Assembly (NCBI GenBank): GCA_029557905.1
Contig: JAKQHR010000070.1
Location: forward strand, 5,613 to 69,612
Reading direction: 5' to 3'
Length of the DNA stretch: 64,000 bases
Source of the DNA: Verrucomicrobiota bacterium
GTDB taxonomy: Bacteria > Verrucomicrobiota > Kiritimatiellia > JAKQHR01
Shown: in pieces, positions 38,155-47,599 of the stretch
Numbering within the stretch: the stretch's first letter is position 1
Layout of the letters: each line of letters opens with the position of its first letter
Made by a program: the position numbers and the translations under genes
Notes under the pieces: model-generated
What the model was told of the DNA's origin: nothing
Databases searched by the model: none
What the model saw: the letters and a program-made list of their open reading frames with translations, nothing else

Positions 38155-39031
38155 CCGCGGCCGCCGGTCCTGGTTTTGTGCGCCAGCGTCTGTGAATCCA
38201 TATCCACTGTTCAGGGCGCTCCCGAATCATCTCCTCAAGAATGGTGGTGTACTGCTGCGTGGCTGCCCGGATGGTCTCAGGCTCGCGGTCCAAAGGCGGT
38301 TCAATGACCGGCTGCACATGAATTTCGTGATGACCGGCTCCGGTGCGATATATGCTGACCGGGACAACGGGCGCGCCCGATTGAGCGGCCATGAAGGCCA
38401 GCCCGGGCGTCGTGCAGGCAGGCCGGCCGAAGAATTCCACAAATACACCCTCCCGGGCGATCATGTTCTGATCAAGAATAAATCCGACCATTTCATTGTT
38501 TTTCAGGGCTGCGCGGCAGGCCCGGTAGGAATTGTGCGCAGGCACGATGCGCAGGCCGTATTCCTTGCGCATGCCCATCCAGAAGTCGTTAAGCGGCCTG
38601 TTTTTCACATCCTTTGAAATGATGGTCAGCGGCGGAAGTTTTGCAATCAGCGACATAATGCTCAGCAGATCCCAGTTCCCCAGATGCGCCGTGAGCAGCA
38701 GTACCCCCCTTCCCCGCGCCAGCGCCTGATCAATGTGTTCCTTCCCGCTGACGGAGATCATGCCCTCCACCTGCTCCCGTCGTCCTCCGGCCAGCCGAAG
38801 CGACTCGATGAGGTTCATGCCGAGATGGGCATACATCGAAGCGATGATGGCAGCAATTTCAGCGGCTGGCTTCTCCGGGAAAGCGCGGCGCAGCGCATCA
38901 GCCGCATCTGCGCGATGATAGCGCAGCACCGAACCGATGAACCATCCCAGCCCCCTGCCGAAGCGAAGCGCCGACTCCAGCCGGAGCCATGAGACAAAAC
39001 GGCTTATGGTCTTCAGTAAAAACAACAGCAT
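38135..39031 (-). CDS. lpxL: Lipid A biosynthesis late acyltransferase (LpxL/HtrB family)
   Basis: N-terminal TM. Acyltransferase HX4D-type region LLTAHLGNWD. 298 aa. Confidence 0.6.
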   Translation of the reverse strand: MLLFLLKTISRFVSWLRLESALRFGRGLGWFIGSVLRYHRADAADALRRAFPEKPAAEIAAIIASMYAHLGMNLIESLRLAGGRREQVEGMISVSGKEHIDQALARGRGVLLLTAHLGNWDLLSIMSLIAKLPPLTIISKDVKNRPLNDFWMGMRKEYGLRIVPAHNSYRACRAALKNNEMVGFILDQNMIAREGVFVEFFGRPACTTPGLAFMAAQSGAPVVPVSIYRTGAGHHEIHVQPVIEPPLDREPETIRAATQQYTTILEEMIRERPEQWIWIHRRWRTKPGPAAADEKSSD

Positions 39032-39054
39032 GATAATGAAATCCTGCTGTCACC

Positions 39055-41247
39055 CTACTTCAATTGGACGCAGATATCCACCGATTTATTGGCCGAGGAA
39101 ACGGCGACTTCGCAGAACCGGCGGCCCGAATTCACGGTTCCGGCCAGGTTCTGACGTACAATCCTGTGTTTAATGTCTGCACAGGCCCCTTTGCCTGTTT
39201 TTGCGCAAACACCCCTTATCGCATCACCGTCATTGAGCAGGAAGCGGACCACATATTTCCGCTTCTTCGGCATGCCCCGATAGGTGCCGGCCGGAGCCGA
39301 TATGGAAAAGCAGATGCAGTCTTCCTTCCGGCAGCCCTTCAGAGTCAGACGGGCACAGCGGCCCTCCTGATAATCCAGGGTCTCGCCGTCATCCTCGTAC
39401 AGCACATAGCTGGAGGGATTCAGTGAATCCGGATAGTAGTCGAAATGGATTTCTTCCGGGACACGGCAGCCGAGCGCCTCACCCACGGGCTGACACGGAA
39501 TGATGGCGCCCTCGCGCACATAGGTCGGGATGCAGTCCACGGGGATATTGATCCAGCGGTCCTGCGTGCCCTGCACCACTTCATCTGATTCCAGCGCATG
39601 CCAGCGGCCTTTCGGGAAATAGACCCGCTTGCGGAGCATGCCGGTTTTTCTATCCACCGGCTCATCGGCGGGCACCACCAGCAGATCGCCGCCCAGCATG
39701 TACTGGTGCTTCCGCCAAAGCGCGCCGCCATCGTTGTGACTGTGATCAAGATAGAGCGGGCGTGCAATCGGGAGCCCCTCGTCGTGAGCCTCGCGCGCCA
39801 GCGTGTAAAAATACGGGGCCAGCGCATAGCGGATGTGCACCTGTTTGCGGAATAGCTTCATGACGCGGCTGCTGTACTTCCACGGCTCACGGTCGCCGTG
39901 GTCGCTGTGTGTGCGCAGGATCGGGCTCATTGCGCCGAACTGCATCCACCGGATCAGGAGCTCCTCATCCACCTGCCGCCCGAAGAATCCACCGATATCA
40001 TGCGACCAGTAGGCCGCGCCCAAATTGCCGGACCGGGCTGTGAATTCGATCTGGTGCTTCAGAACGCCCCATTCGGAGGCCGTGTCGCCAGAGAACTGCA
40101 CCGGATAGCGGTGAGACCCGACGCCGCCCCAGCGGGCCAGAATCATGCCGCGTTTTCCGAGCCGCTCCTCCGCCAGTTCGAAATAGACCCGGTTGGCCCA
40201 GTACTGGCTGTCGGTGGAACCAAAGGGGCCTTTGATCCAGCCGTCAATCCACCAGAAATCCATGCCCTGGTCAAAGAACGGACCCAGAATGTCATCCTTC
40301 CAGACCTGAACGGCCTTCTTGCTGGACCAGTCGCAGGCCCACTGGCCCTGATGCGGAAGGGCGCCAAGTTTCTTCTCGATCACCGCGATATGACTGTCAT
40401 TTTCCGGCAGCGCATCGTAGTTGCCATAACCCGGATGGTCATTCAGGCTGGAATGCACATTCATGCTGTGCAGTTTCTTCAAGAGCTTCTCGGGGTTCGG
40501 GAAATACTTTTTCGACCAGTCATAACCGCCCCAGCCGTCGCGCCAGTCTGTGTCGATGATCATAACATCTATGGGAATTTTGTTTTTACGATACTTCTCC
40601 ACGAGGCCGACAATTTCTTTGTCTGTATATGCGTACCAGCGGGAATACCAAAAGCCAAAGGTCCAGCGGGGAACCATGGGGATGCGCCCGAAGACCGTCA
40701 CGAAATCCTTGAGGGCCTGTTTGTACTTGTCACCATAGGCAAAGAAATAGCCATCGAACCACACAATGCTGCTGAGGCATTCCGGCCATTCATGCCTGGT
40801 GTTCCAGTACACCCGCGGCTCATCAAAAACCAGATGTCCTCCGTCCGTGCTGAGAATGCCTTCGACCGGATAATGCTCCGGTCCGCCGCACCACTGCCAC
40901 TGATCAAGGCAGCGGCGCACCGACCCGAGATTGCCGCGGTCCTGCTTTCCGGGCTGCCAGATTTCACGGCCGCCGTTGCTGTTTTTGTGTTCGATCTTCA
41001 GATTCTCCGCCGAAAAGTTCTGGCCGTTGTCCTCGTAGTGCAGAACGAAATCTTCGGTGCGGATGATTACTTTCCCGCCCTTGATGTCCACATCAGCCTT
41101 CGCAGGCTTTGCAGGCCTGCGGCCCGTGAGAAGGGACGGATACGGACTGAAACGACCGTCCTTTGCATATTCCAGACGGACGCAACCGCTGGAATATACA
41201 GTGAAGCGCGCATTGCCGAGGACGACGGGAGTCTTTACATTTGCCAT
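39055..41247 (-). CDS. Glycoside hydrolase family 31 (alpha-glucosidase/xylosidase-like)
   Basis: 730 aa. GH31-type catalytic regions (DFWWIDGW..., VQFSGDTASEW). Confidence 0.6.
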   Translation of the reverse strand: MANVKTPVVLGNARFTVYSSGCVRLEYAKDGRFSPYPSLLTGRRPAKPAKADVDIKGGKVIIRTEDFVLHYEDNGQNFSAENLKIEHKNSNGGREIWQPGKQDRGNLGSVRRCLDQWQWCGGPEHYPVEGILSTDGGHLVFDEPRVYWNTRHEWPECLSSIVWFDGYFFAYGDKYKQALKDFVTVFGRIPMVPRWTFGFWYSRWYAYTDKEIVGLVEKYRKNKIPIDVMIIDTDWRDGWGGYDWSKKYFPNPEKLLKKLHSMNVHSSLNDHPGYGNYDALPENDSHIAVIEKKLGALPHQGQWACDWSSKKAVQVWKDDILGPFFDQGMDFWWIDGWIKGPFGSTDSQYWANRVYFELAEERLGKRGMILARWGGVGSHRYPVQFSGDTASEWGVLKHQIEFTARSGNLGAAYWSHDIGGFFGRQVDEELLIRWMQFGAMSPILRTHSDHGDREPWKYSSRVMKLFRKQVHIRYALAPYFYTLAREAHDEGLPIARPLYLDHSHNDGGALWRKHQYMLGGDLLVVPADEPVDRKTGMLRKRVYFPKGRWHALESDEVVQGTQDRWINIPVDCIPTYVREGAIIPCQPVGEALGCRVPEEIHFDYYPDSLNPSSYVLYEDDGETLDYQEGRCARLTLKGCRKEDCICFSISAPAGTYRGMPKKRKYVVRFLLNDGDAIRGVCAKTGKGACADIKHRIVRQNLAGTVNSGRRFCEVAVSSANKSVDICVQLK

Positions 41248-41346
41248 ATCATTTTCTCCATAAAATCATTCAAGTAAAACGCTCTAACTGTCTGGGCGGA
41301 ATTTCTAGTATGTTGTTTGAAAGGAAGCAAAAACAAAATGCGAAAA

Positions 41347-42147
41347 TCAGCAGGAAACCAGGCCGGCTCTGCGGAGGGCTTCCTCCGCGCGCGGGACATC
41401 TTCCGGGGTGTCCACCCCCGGGCCCGGGCTCTCTGCCTGCAGCACTTTCATCCGCGCCCCGATATGCAGCGCCCGGAGCTGCTCCAGCCTTTCCGCTGTT
41501 TCGAGATCACAGGGCGGCGTTTTGACCAGCCGCTCCAGAAACAGCCGCTGATAGCCGTAGATGCCGATATGTCTCCAGTAACGGCCAGCCCCTGCGCAGA
41601 CGCTTGCCCTGGCGTCACGCATGAAAGGGATAACCGCCCGCGAAAAATACAGCGCCCGGCCGTCTTCGCAGAATACGGCCTTCACCACCGAGGGGTCATG
41701 GAGCATGTCGTCATTTTCCATGGGAGTCACGGCGGTCGCCATGTCCCAGTCCGCGCCGTCGAGAAGTACTTCCGCCACACGATCAATCAGCGCAGGATCC
41801 ACGAGCGGTTCATCACCCTGCACATTCACAACCACATCGGCTTTTGTGCCCCGGACGGCCTCTGCAATCCGGTCTGTTCCTGACGGATGGTTCTGCTTTG
41901 TCATGATCACGCGCCCGCCGAACTGTTCAACCGCGGCAGCAATGCGCCTGTCATCGGTTGCAACCATCAAATCGGTGAGATTCTTTGCGAGGCTTGCGCG
42001 CTCCCAGACCCACTGAATGAGCGGCCGGCCCGCAATGTTCACCAGCGCCTTGCCCGGAAGCCGGGTGGAGCCCCAGCGTGCGGGTATTACGCCGACGGCA
42101 TTCACGTGCCCGCCCTCACGCTCTTCAGTAGTTCTGACGCCGAGCAC
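41347..42147 (-). CDS. kdsB: 3-deoxy-manno-octulosonate cytidylyltransferase (CMP-KDO synthetase)
   Basis: VIPARWGSTRLPGK N-terminus. VNVQGDEP. About 260 aa. Confidence 0.85.
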   Translation of the reverse strand: MLGVRTTEEREGGHVNAVGVIPARWGSTRLPGKALVNIAGRPLIQWVWERASLAKNLTDLMVATDDRRIAAAVEQFGGRVIMTKQNHPSGTDRIAEAVRGTKADVVVNVQGDEPLVDPALIDRVAEVLLDGADWDMATAVTPMENDDMLHDPSVVKAVFCEDGRALYFSRAVIPFMRDARASVCAGAGRYWRHIGIYGYQRLFLERLVKTPPCDLETAERLEQLRALHIGARMKVLQAESPGPGVDTPEDVPRAEEALRRAGLVSC

Positions 42148-43112
42148 GTGGCGGTGCCGAGCTTGCCCACTACAACACCCGCGGCAAAATTGGCCAGTTC
42201 GGCGGCTTCGCGATGAGTAGCGCCTGCCGCCAGTGCCAGCACTGTGGCGGCAACCACAGTATCGCCTGCGCCGCTCACGTCGAACACTTCCTGTGCGCGC
42301 GTGGGAATATGAACGGTTCTGCCCTTTTTCGGCATCATCAGCATTCCGAGACTCCCCAGCGTGATCACAAGAAATTCCGGCGACCAGGACTTGAGCAGGC
42401 GCTGGCCGGCCTGCAGCAGGTTGGCGTCCTTCAGCGGACTTCCGGATACGGGGGTTTCCTTCATGCCCGCGCCCATAAACGCCTCGCGGTGATTCGGCAT
42501 GGCCACGGTGATGCCGTGGACATTCAGGTCGCAGTTGTCTTTTGGATCAAAACCGACGGGAATGCCCTTTTTCCCCGCCGCCTCCAGCACCACATCAACC
42601 ACGGCCTGCCGGACCACGCCTTTGCCATAGTCCTCGATAATGACGCCCGTGGAGCGACGGATTTCTCTGCGGAGCTTTTCCGCAAACAAGTCGAAATCAG
42701 CATTTTTGTAGTCGGGTTCAGCGTCCCAGTCCACGCGGCACACCTGCTGATGTTCGGCAATGATGCGGGTTTTGACCGTTGTACAGCTGCCGGGCACGGC
42801 GAGCACGCCGTCCACTCCAACGCGGCCTTTCGAAAGCACCCCTCGCAGTTCCGCGGCCGCCGGGTCGTCGCCTGCAAACCCGCTCACGGCGCTGCGGCCC
42901 CCCAGCGACTGAATATTCCAGGCCACGTTGCTGGCGCCGCCCGGCATATTGCTTTCGCTCACGACGCGCACCACGGGAACCGGGGCTTCCGGGGAGATTC
43001 GACTCACCGATCCATAAATGAAGCGGTCGAGCATCAAATCCCCGACCACAAGAATCCGCTGTTTTCCAAATGAAGCAATCAGCTTCCTGGCCCTACTGAC
43101 TGAGAGCGACAT
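42102..43112 (-). CDS. rfaE: PfkB-family sugar kinase, RfaE/HldE domain-I-like (heptose 7-phosphate kinase)
   Basis: ILVVGDLMLDRF ... DVSGAGDTVVA PfkB motifs. Adjacent to kdsB. Confidence 0.6.
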   Translation of the reverse strand: MSLSVSRARKLIASFGKQRILVVGDLMLDRFIYGSVSRISPEAPVPVVRVVSESNMPGGASNVAWNIQSLGGRSAVSGFAGDDPAAAELRGVLSKGRVGVDGVLAVPGSCTTVKTRIIAEHQQVCRVDWDAEPDYKNADFDLFAEKLRREIRRSTGVIIEDYGKGVVRQAVVDVVLEAAGKKGIPVGFDPKDNCDLNVHGITVAMPNHREAFMGAGMKETPVSGSPLKDANLLQAGQRLLKSWSPEFLVITLGSLGMLMMPKKGRTVHIPTRAQEVFDVSGAGDTVVAATVLALAAGATHREAAELANFAAGVVVGKLGTATCSASELLKSVRAGT

Positions 43113-43926
43113 CCTGCGCCTCCTCTTCCTCACGTTCTTTCGCATCCGGGATTCGTATAATCATGTTCTCGCCCGAGCTTCGCACCTCGGCCAGCAGCAG
43201 ATGAACGCTGGCCACGGGCACTTTTGCCTGCATCTTCGTCATCAGGCGGCTGTCATCATCCGATATCCACATCCACATCCGGCCTTTTCGGACAAACAGC
43301 CCATCGAACTTGGCGACCGGCTCAAGCCGGATGCTGCGGATGCGGCTGTCATCGGCGATTTTCACGTCTTCAATCTTCTGGACATCCAGCTGCAGTTCGT
43401 AAAGCTTTTCGTCCGAAATCACCTCAAACCGGCTTGTGCTTCCCGGGACGAAATCCAGCGCGCGGGAGAAATACATGAATGAAATCACATCGCGGCTGTC
43501 CGGGCCGATCTCAAAAACTTTTTTACTGTCGCGGCCCGCCCGCTGCATGACGGCCTGCCCTTTTTCGTGATCGTAGTCGGTGACCTCATTGGCGTGGTAC
43601 CGGCCTTCGTTGACCTGCTTGGAGTACCGCACCGGGAGAAAGGTTTGCGGATCAATGAAGCACTCATGGATGTCATTCACCGGGTAAATTTTGCTGAGCA
43701 CTTTTCCGGTTACCACGCGGAAACGAACGCTGAGAAGCCGGCGGCCGTCCAATTCGGCCCATTCCGTGCGCACCCGGGCCTCGCCGACGGGGATCTTTCC
43801 CCAGTAAATGTTGTAGACCAGGTACTCTCCCAGCGGGAAATTGAATTCGACGGCCGGAACGCCCTGCGGCAGCATCAGAACCAGACCGCCCATAAGCAGG
43901 AACCACCTTTTCCAAAAAGAAGTCAT
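43093..43926 (-). CDS. DUF3108-family secreted protein
   Basis: Signal peptide MTSFWKRWFLLMGGLVLMLP. The six-frame start at 44001 runs into the repeat array, so the internal ATG at 43926 is preferred. Confidence 0.45.
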   Translation of the reverse strand: MTSFWKRWFLLMGGLVLMLPQGVPAVEFNFPLGEYLVYNIYWGKIPVGEARVRTEWAELDGRRLLSVRFRVVTGKVLSKIYPVNDIHECFIDPQTFLPVRYSKQVNEGRYHANEVTDYDHEKGQAVMQRAGRDSKKVFEIGPDSRDVISFMYFSRALDFVPGSTSRFEVISDEKLYELQLDVQKIEDVKIADDSRIRSIRLEPVAKFDGLFVRKGRMWMWISDDDSRLMTKMQAKVPVASVHLLLAEVRSSGENMIIRIPDAKEREEEEAQDVALSQ

Positions 43927-43940
43927 GCGGCAGAATCTAG

Positions 43941-44030
43941 CGTTTTTTCCAATGATTGGAAGTTTTTTCGGGAAAAGTTCCAATGATTGGAAGTTTTTCA
44001 AGCGAAAGTTCCAATGGTTGGAACTTTTTA
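43941..44030. repeat. Second array of 3 near-palindromic TTCCAAT-N2-ATTGGAA units, 31-bp period, 15-18 nt upstream of the DUF3108/rfaE/kdsB operon start
   Basis: TTCC cores at 43947, 43978 and 44009. Unit is about 85-90% identical to the array at 22464-22556. Confidence 0.8.
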
Positions 44031-45170
44031 CGGCCGGACCAGCCGGCCCATGAAGAGAATCGCGCCGGTCTGCCGGTCACGAATGATGTAAATGAACGGA
44101 TGGTCGGCGCGAAAGACCGGCTGGCGTCTTGCTGCGGTTTTGACCATGACAACCGCCGTGGCCGCGGCCGCTTCGGTGCCCTCCTCATTCACCTCGACCA
44201 GCGCGGAATGGATCACATCCGAGATGAAGAGTTCCGGCTCGCCGGTGATGCCGCTGAAATCGGCCCGGGCTGAGAACGCGATACCCATGCCCATTTCAGA
44301 GAGGACTTCCTTCAGGCCGGCGTTCTGCTGCGCGGTGAAGCGAGGGATGCTGACGTCCACTTGTGTTTTTTTCAGGTTGTCAATGCACTGCTTCAGCAAA
44401 GTCTCGTCCAGCTTCTGTTCCAGATCGCTGATCCCGTCCCGTTCGCGCGGGAGCAGAAGCAGCATGGCGACGCGCTCGCCGATGTACGGCATTTCCAGCG
44501 CCTGGAAACTGGCGGCATCGGCATAAAGAAACTCGCCGTTCTGCTTCATCATCGGGACTTTCACCGGCGCTGATCCTGAATGAAAAAGTTCTTCGCGCGT
44601 GTCAGTCTCAGCAAAAGCCTTCGCCCATTTCCCCTTGAACCAGATTGTGTTGGTGAGAACCAGCCGCGCAAGAGCATTGAGCGCCCCGGCCGGGAGAAGC
44701 TCCCTGATCCGGCCGGCCGTGGCCAGGCCGATCCAGCTGTTGATTGTCTGCCGGGCCGCTTCGGCATCCGCCTTGAAGTCCACGGGCTGGATGTCGGCAT
44801 CGAACACCTGCTGCAGCGCATTTTCATAGACCTCCCGAATATAGAAACCCTCCTGCGGCCACATGCGGTTGGATATCTGCATCCGCGGGCCGCCGAACGA
44901 TGATATTTCGCGCAGAGACCTGATCCGGGCTGTCATCTGCGCATCGTACTCCGCGGGATCGGCCGGGACACCGAGGGTGGCGGCCATGACCGAGGCGGTT
45001 TCGGCGCGCGCACCCTTGAAGGCCATGCCCAGGGCGGTGCTAATACTGTGGGGCGAGCACGCCACATTTCCCTCCGTTGCGGCGAGCCGGTGATAGAGCT
45101 TGAGCGCGAAAGCGCTATCGTCCCCTCGGACAGAGATGGCAAACAAAAGAAGTAGAATCAGTTTTTTCAT
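44028..45170 (-). CDS. Serpin (serine protease inhibitor), secreted
   Basis: Signal peptide. Reactive-centre-loop hinge GTEAAAATAVV and C-terminal FRADHPFIYIIRD. Confidence 0.85.
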   Translation of the reverse strand: MKKLILLLLFAISVRGDDSAFALKLYHRLAATEGNVACSPHSISTALGMAFKGARAETASVMAATLGVPADPAEYDAQMTARIRSLREISSFGGPRMQISNRMWPQEGFYIREVYENALQQVFDADIQPVDFKADAEAARQTINSWIGLATAGRIRELLPAGALNALARLVLTNTIWFKGKWAKAFAETDTREELFHSGSAPVKVPMMKQNGEFLYADAASFQALEMPYIGERVAMLLLLPRERDGISDLEQKLDETLLKQCIDNLKKTQVDVSIPRFTAQQNAGLKEVLSEMGMGIAFSARADFSGITGEPELFISDVIHSALVEVNEEGTEAAAATAVVMVKTAARRQPVFRADHPFIYIIRDRQTGAILFMGRLVRP

Positions 45171-45177
45171 AATCACC

Positions 45178-45498
45178 TCAATAATAAACGGCCAGCCAGA
45201 TGGTATGCTGAGACTCATCGGTGCGCGCCACACGGTGCCGGCAGCGGGCAGGAATGTTAACATAGTCCCCCGGCCGGAGTTCGACCGGTTCAGTCCGTCC
45301 TTCTACTTCCAGCGTGGCGGAGCCCTGAATCAGGATCACCCATTCAGGCTGGTCCTGGTCGTACCAGAAATCCTCCGGGGAGTTGTGTCCCTCGGAAACA
45401 ATGCGCTCGATCCGCACGGGTCCGGAATGCACAAGCGTGTTGATGATCTCCATTTCCAGGCCGGAAGTGATGTTGTCAAAGATGCTGCGCCGGTTCAT
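45178..45498 (-). CDS. Cupin-domain protein
   Basis: Cupin_2-like GSATLEVEG...LRPGDYVNIPARCRHRV. About 106 aa from the internal ATG. Confidence 0.5.
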   Translation of the reverse strand: MNRRSIFDNITSGLEMEIINTLVHSGPVRIERIVSEGHNSPEDFWYDQDQPEWVILIQGSATLEVEGRTEPVELRPGDYVNIPARCRHRVARTDESQHTIWLAVYY

Positions 45499-45593
45499 TC
45501 CGCAATAATAACCCGGGCCCGGCCCAGTACAACTCGAAAACTTCCGGATACTGGGGATAGACAGAATCAGCGAAGGAAGGTAGTTTATGCCGC

Positions 45594-46337
45594 ATGGTTG
45601 CAAAGAAACAGATTGCTGTGCTCACGGCCGTGTATATCGGGCTGATCGGACTCTTTTTCCTGTACTGGGGGATTCACAGAATCTCGCCGGAGTTTCACAT
45701 GAATTACATGCAGGGAGAAGACCGTGCCGCGGAATGGCTGACATTCATCGGTTTTGCCGGGGCCGCGGCGATGAGCTGGGCGACCCTCCGTTTCCGGGCG
45801 GTGATGGGGAGAAAGACCATTGCGTTTTTTGCGCTGCTGGGGCTCTTCATGTTTGTTTGCGCCGGAGAGGAAATCAGCTGGGGTCAGCGGATATTCGGGT
45901 TCGGCACGCCGGAGGCCATGGTGGAGGTCAACGAGCAGAACGAATTCAACCTGCATAATCTTTCCTTTGAACACCTTCACCCGAAGGATATTGTCTCGTG
46001 GTTCATGAAGATATACGGGATCATTCTCCCGCTGGTGTTTCTCCGGCGCTATATTCGCGGGGAAAATGAGATATTCAAGTTCATCCCGGCGCCTGTCTGC
46101 ACCCCGGCCTTTGTGATTCCTGAACTGATTAACGTGTTTGAGGATCAGCTTGCGGCTTTCGTTGCGCGGTATTTCGGCCCGTTCACGCTGCCGCCGGTCT
46201 GTCCGTCTGTTTCCGTCCTGATCAAGCGCCAGTGCGAAGAACTGATCGAGATGTACTGGGGTCTCGCCATATTCATGGCCCTGCTGATGATCTGGGCCGC
46301 ATGGAAACAAAGCGTCAGACCGGCTTCGGCGCAATAA
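45594..46337 (+). CDS. Polytopic membrane protein, unknown function
   Basis: 247 aa, about 5-6 hydrophobic segments. No recognisable motif. Confidence 0.35.
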   Translation: MVAKKQIAVLTAVYIGLIGLFFLYWGIHRISPEFHMNYMQGEDRAAEWLTFIGFAGAAAMSWATLRFRAVMGRKTIAFFALLGLFMFVCAGEEISWGQRIFGFGTPEAMVEVNEQNEFNLHNLSFEHLHPKDIVSWFMKIYGIILPLVFLRRYIRGENEIFKFIPAPVCTPAFVIPELINVFEDQLAAFVARYFGPFTLPPVCPSVSVLIKRQCEELIEMYWGLAIFMALLMIWAAWKQSVRPASAQ

Positions 46338-46833
46338 CCCCAAAAGACGAACGGGCCTGAAGATGGCAGACCGCCAGCGCCAGCGCATCGGCCTCGTCAT
46401 CTGTCGGATCGGTCCCTTTGATTCCCAGCAAACTGACAATCATGCGGATGATCTGCTCCTTGGAGGCTGTTCCGGAACCGGTCAGGGCCTGCTTGACCCG
46501 GCGCGGCGCATATTCGTAGACCGCAAGATGCTTCTGCGCGGCGGCCGCCATCACAACCCCGCGGGCCTGACCCAGCGTCATGGCTGTGGCCGCATTGCGG
46601 AAGTAGAATGAGCCCTCAATGGCCACGGCATCCGGAGAGCAGCGGCCAATCCATTCCATTACGGACTGATGCAAAAAAGCGAGAGATTCGGAGTGAATCC
46701 GGCTCTGGGGATTCTTAATGGTGCCGAATTCAATGATCCTGAAGGTGTTTCCCCGGGCCTCGACCACTCCAATGCCGGTGGAACGCAGGGAGGTGTCCAC
46801 CCCCATAATGCGCACTCCGGCAGGGGCCGGCAT
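46315..46833 (-). CDS. ruvC: Holliday junction resolvase RuvC
   Basis: IMGVDTSLRSTGIGVV and DPTDDEADALALAV catalytic acidic residues. Start may be at the internal ATG at 46806. Confidence 0.85.
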   Translation of the reverse strand: MPAPAGVRIMGVDTSLRSTGIGVVEARGNTFRIIEFGTIKNPQSRIHSESLAFLHQSVMEWIGRCSPDAVAIEGSFYFRNAATAMTLGQARGVVMAAAAQKHLAVYEYAPRRVKQALTGSGTASKEQIIRMIVSLLGIKGTDPTDDEADALALAVCHLQARSSFGVIAPKPV

Positions 46834-47585
46834 CAGCCTTCAATCTCCGTCATCATTTCGTCACTGATGTCGGCATTGTGCCATACATTCTGCACGTCAT
46901 CCAGGTCATCGAGCGCCTCGACAAACTTGAGAAGCGAGGCCGCCTGCCCTTTGTCGGACACGGGCGTCCAGTTCAGCGGGAGCATCGTCAGTTCGGAACT
47001 GGCCATCGCGATCCCGGCCTTGTTCAAGGCATCGGCCACATTCATGAACGAAGCCGGCGAGGTCAGGATTTCAAAATGATCGCCCTCGTTGGTCATGTCG
47101 TCGGCGCCGGCATCCAGGGCCAGTTCCATGAGCTGGTCTTCGGTCGCCGCATCCCCGCTCACAATGATTTGCCCGCGGCGCTCAAACAGCCGGCTGACGC
47201 TTCCCGTCGCCGAGAGATTCCCGTTATAGCGGGTGAAGAGATGACGAACTTCGGCGGCACTGCGGTTTTTATTGTCGGTCAGAACTCCCACCAGGATTGC
47301 CACGCCGCCGGGCGCATAACCCTCATAAGTCAGCTCTTCAAGAGCCGCCCCGCCGAGGTCCCCGGTCCCCTTCTTGATGGCCCGCTCGATATTGTCGCTG
47401 GGCATGTTGGCCGAACGGGCCTTCTGCAGCAAAGCGCGGAGCGTGACATTGGCATTGGGGTCGCCGCCGCCGGACCGGGCCGCCACCATGATTTCGCGGG
47501 CGATCTTGCTGAACACCTTGCCCCGCTTGGCATCGGAGGCCGCCTTCTTATGCTTGATGGTTGACCATTTGCTGTGACCGCTCAT
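46833..47585 (-). CDS. yebC: YebC/PmpR-family transcriptional regulator
   Basis: MSGHSKWSTIKHKKAASDAKRGKVFSKIAREI N-terminus. 250 aa. Confidence 0.9.
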   Translation of the reverse strand: MSGHSKWSTIKHKKAASDAKRGKVFSKIAREIMVAARSGGGDPNANVTLRALLQKARSANMPSDNIERAIKKGTGDLGGAALEELTYEGYAPGGVAILVGVLTDNKNRSAAEVRHLFTRYNGNLSATGSVSRLFERRGQIIVSGDAATEDQLMELALDAGADDMTNEGDHFEILTSPASFMNVADALNKAGIAMASSELTMLPLNWTPVSDKGQAASLLKFVEALDDLDDVQNVWHNADISDEMMTEIEG

Positions 47586-47599
47586 ACATCAAACCCCTT

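Noticed and set aside
39898-41277. 459-aa plus-strand ORF
   Set aside because: Antisense to the GH31 hydrolase. No recognisable domains.
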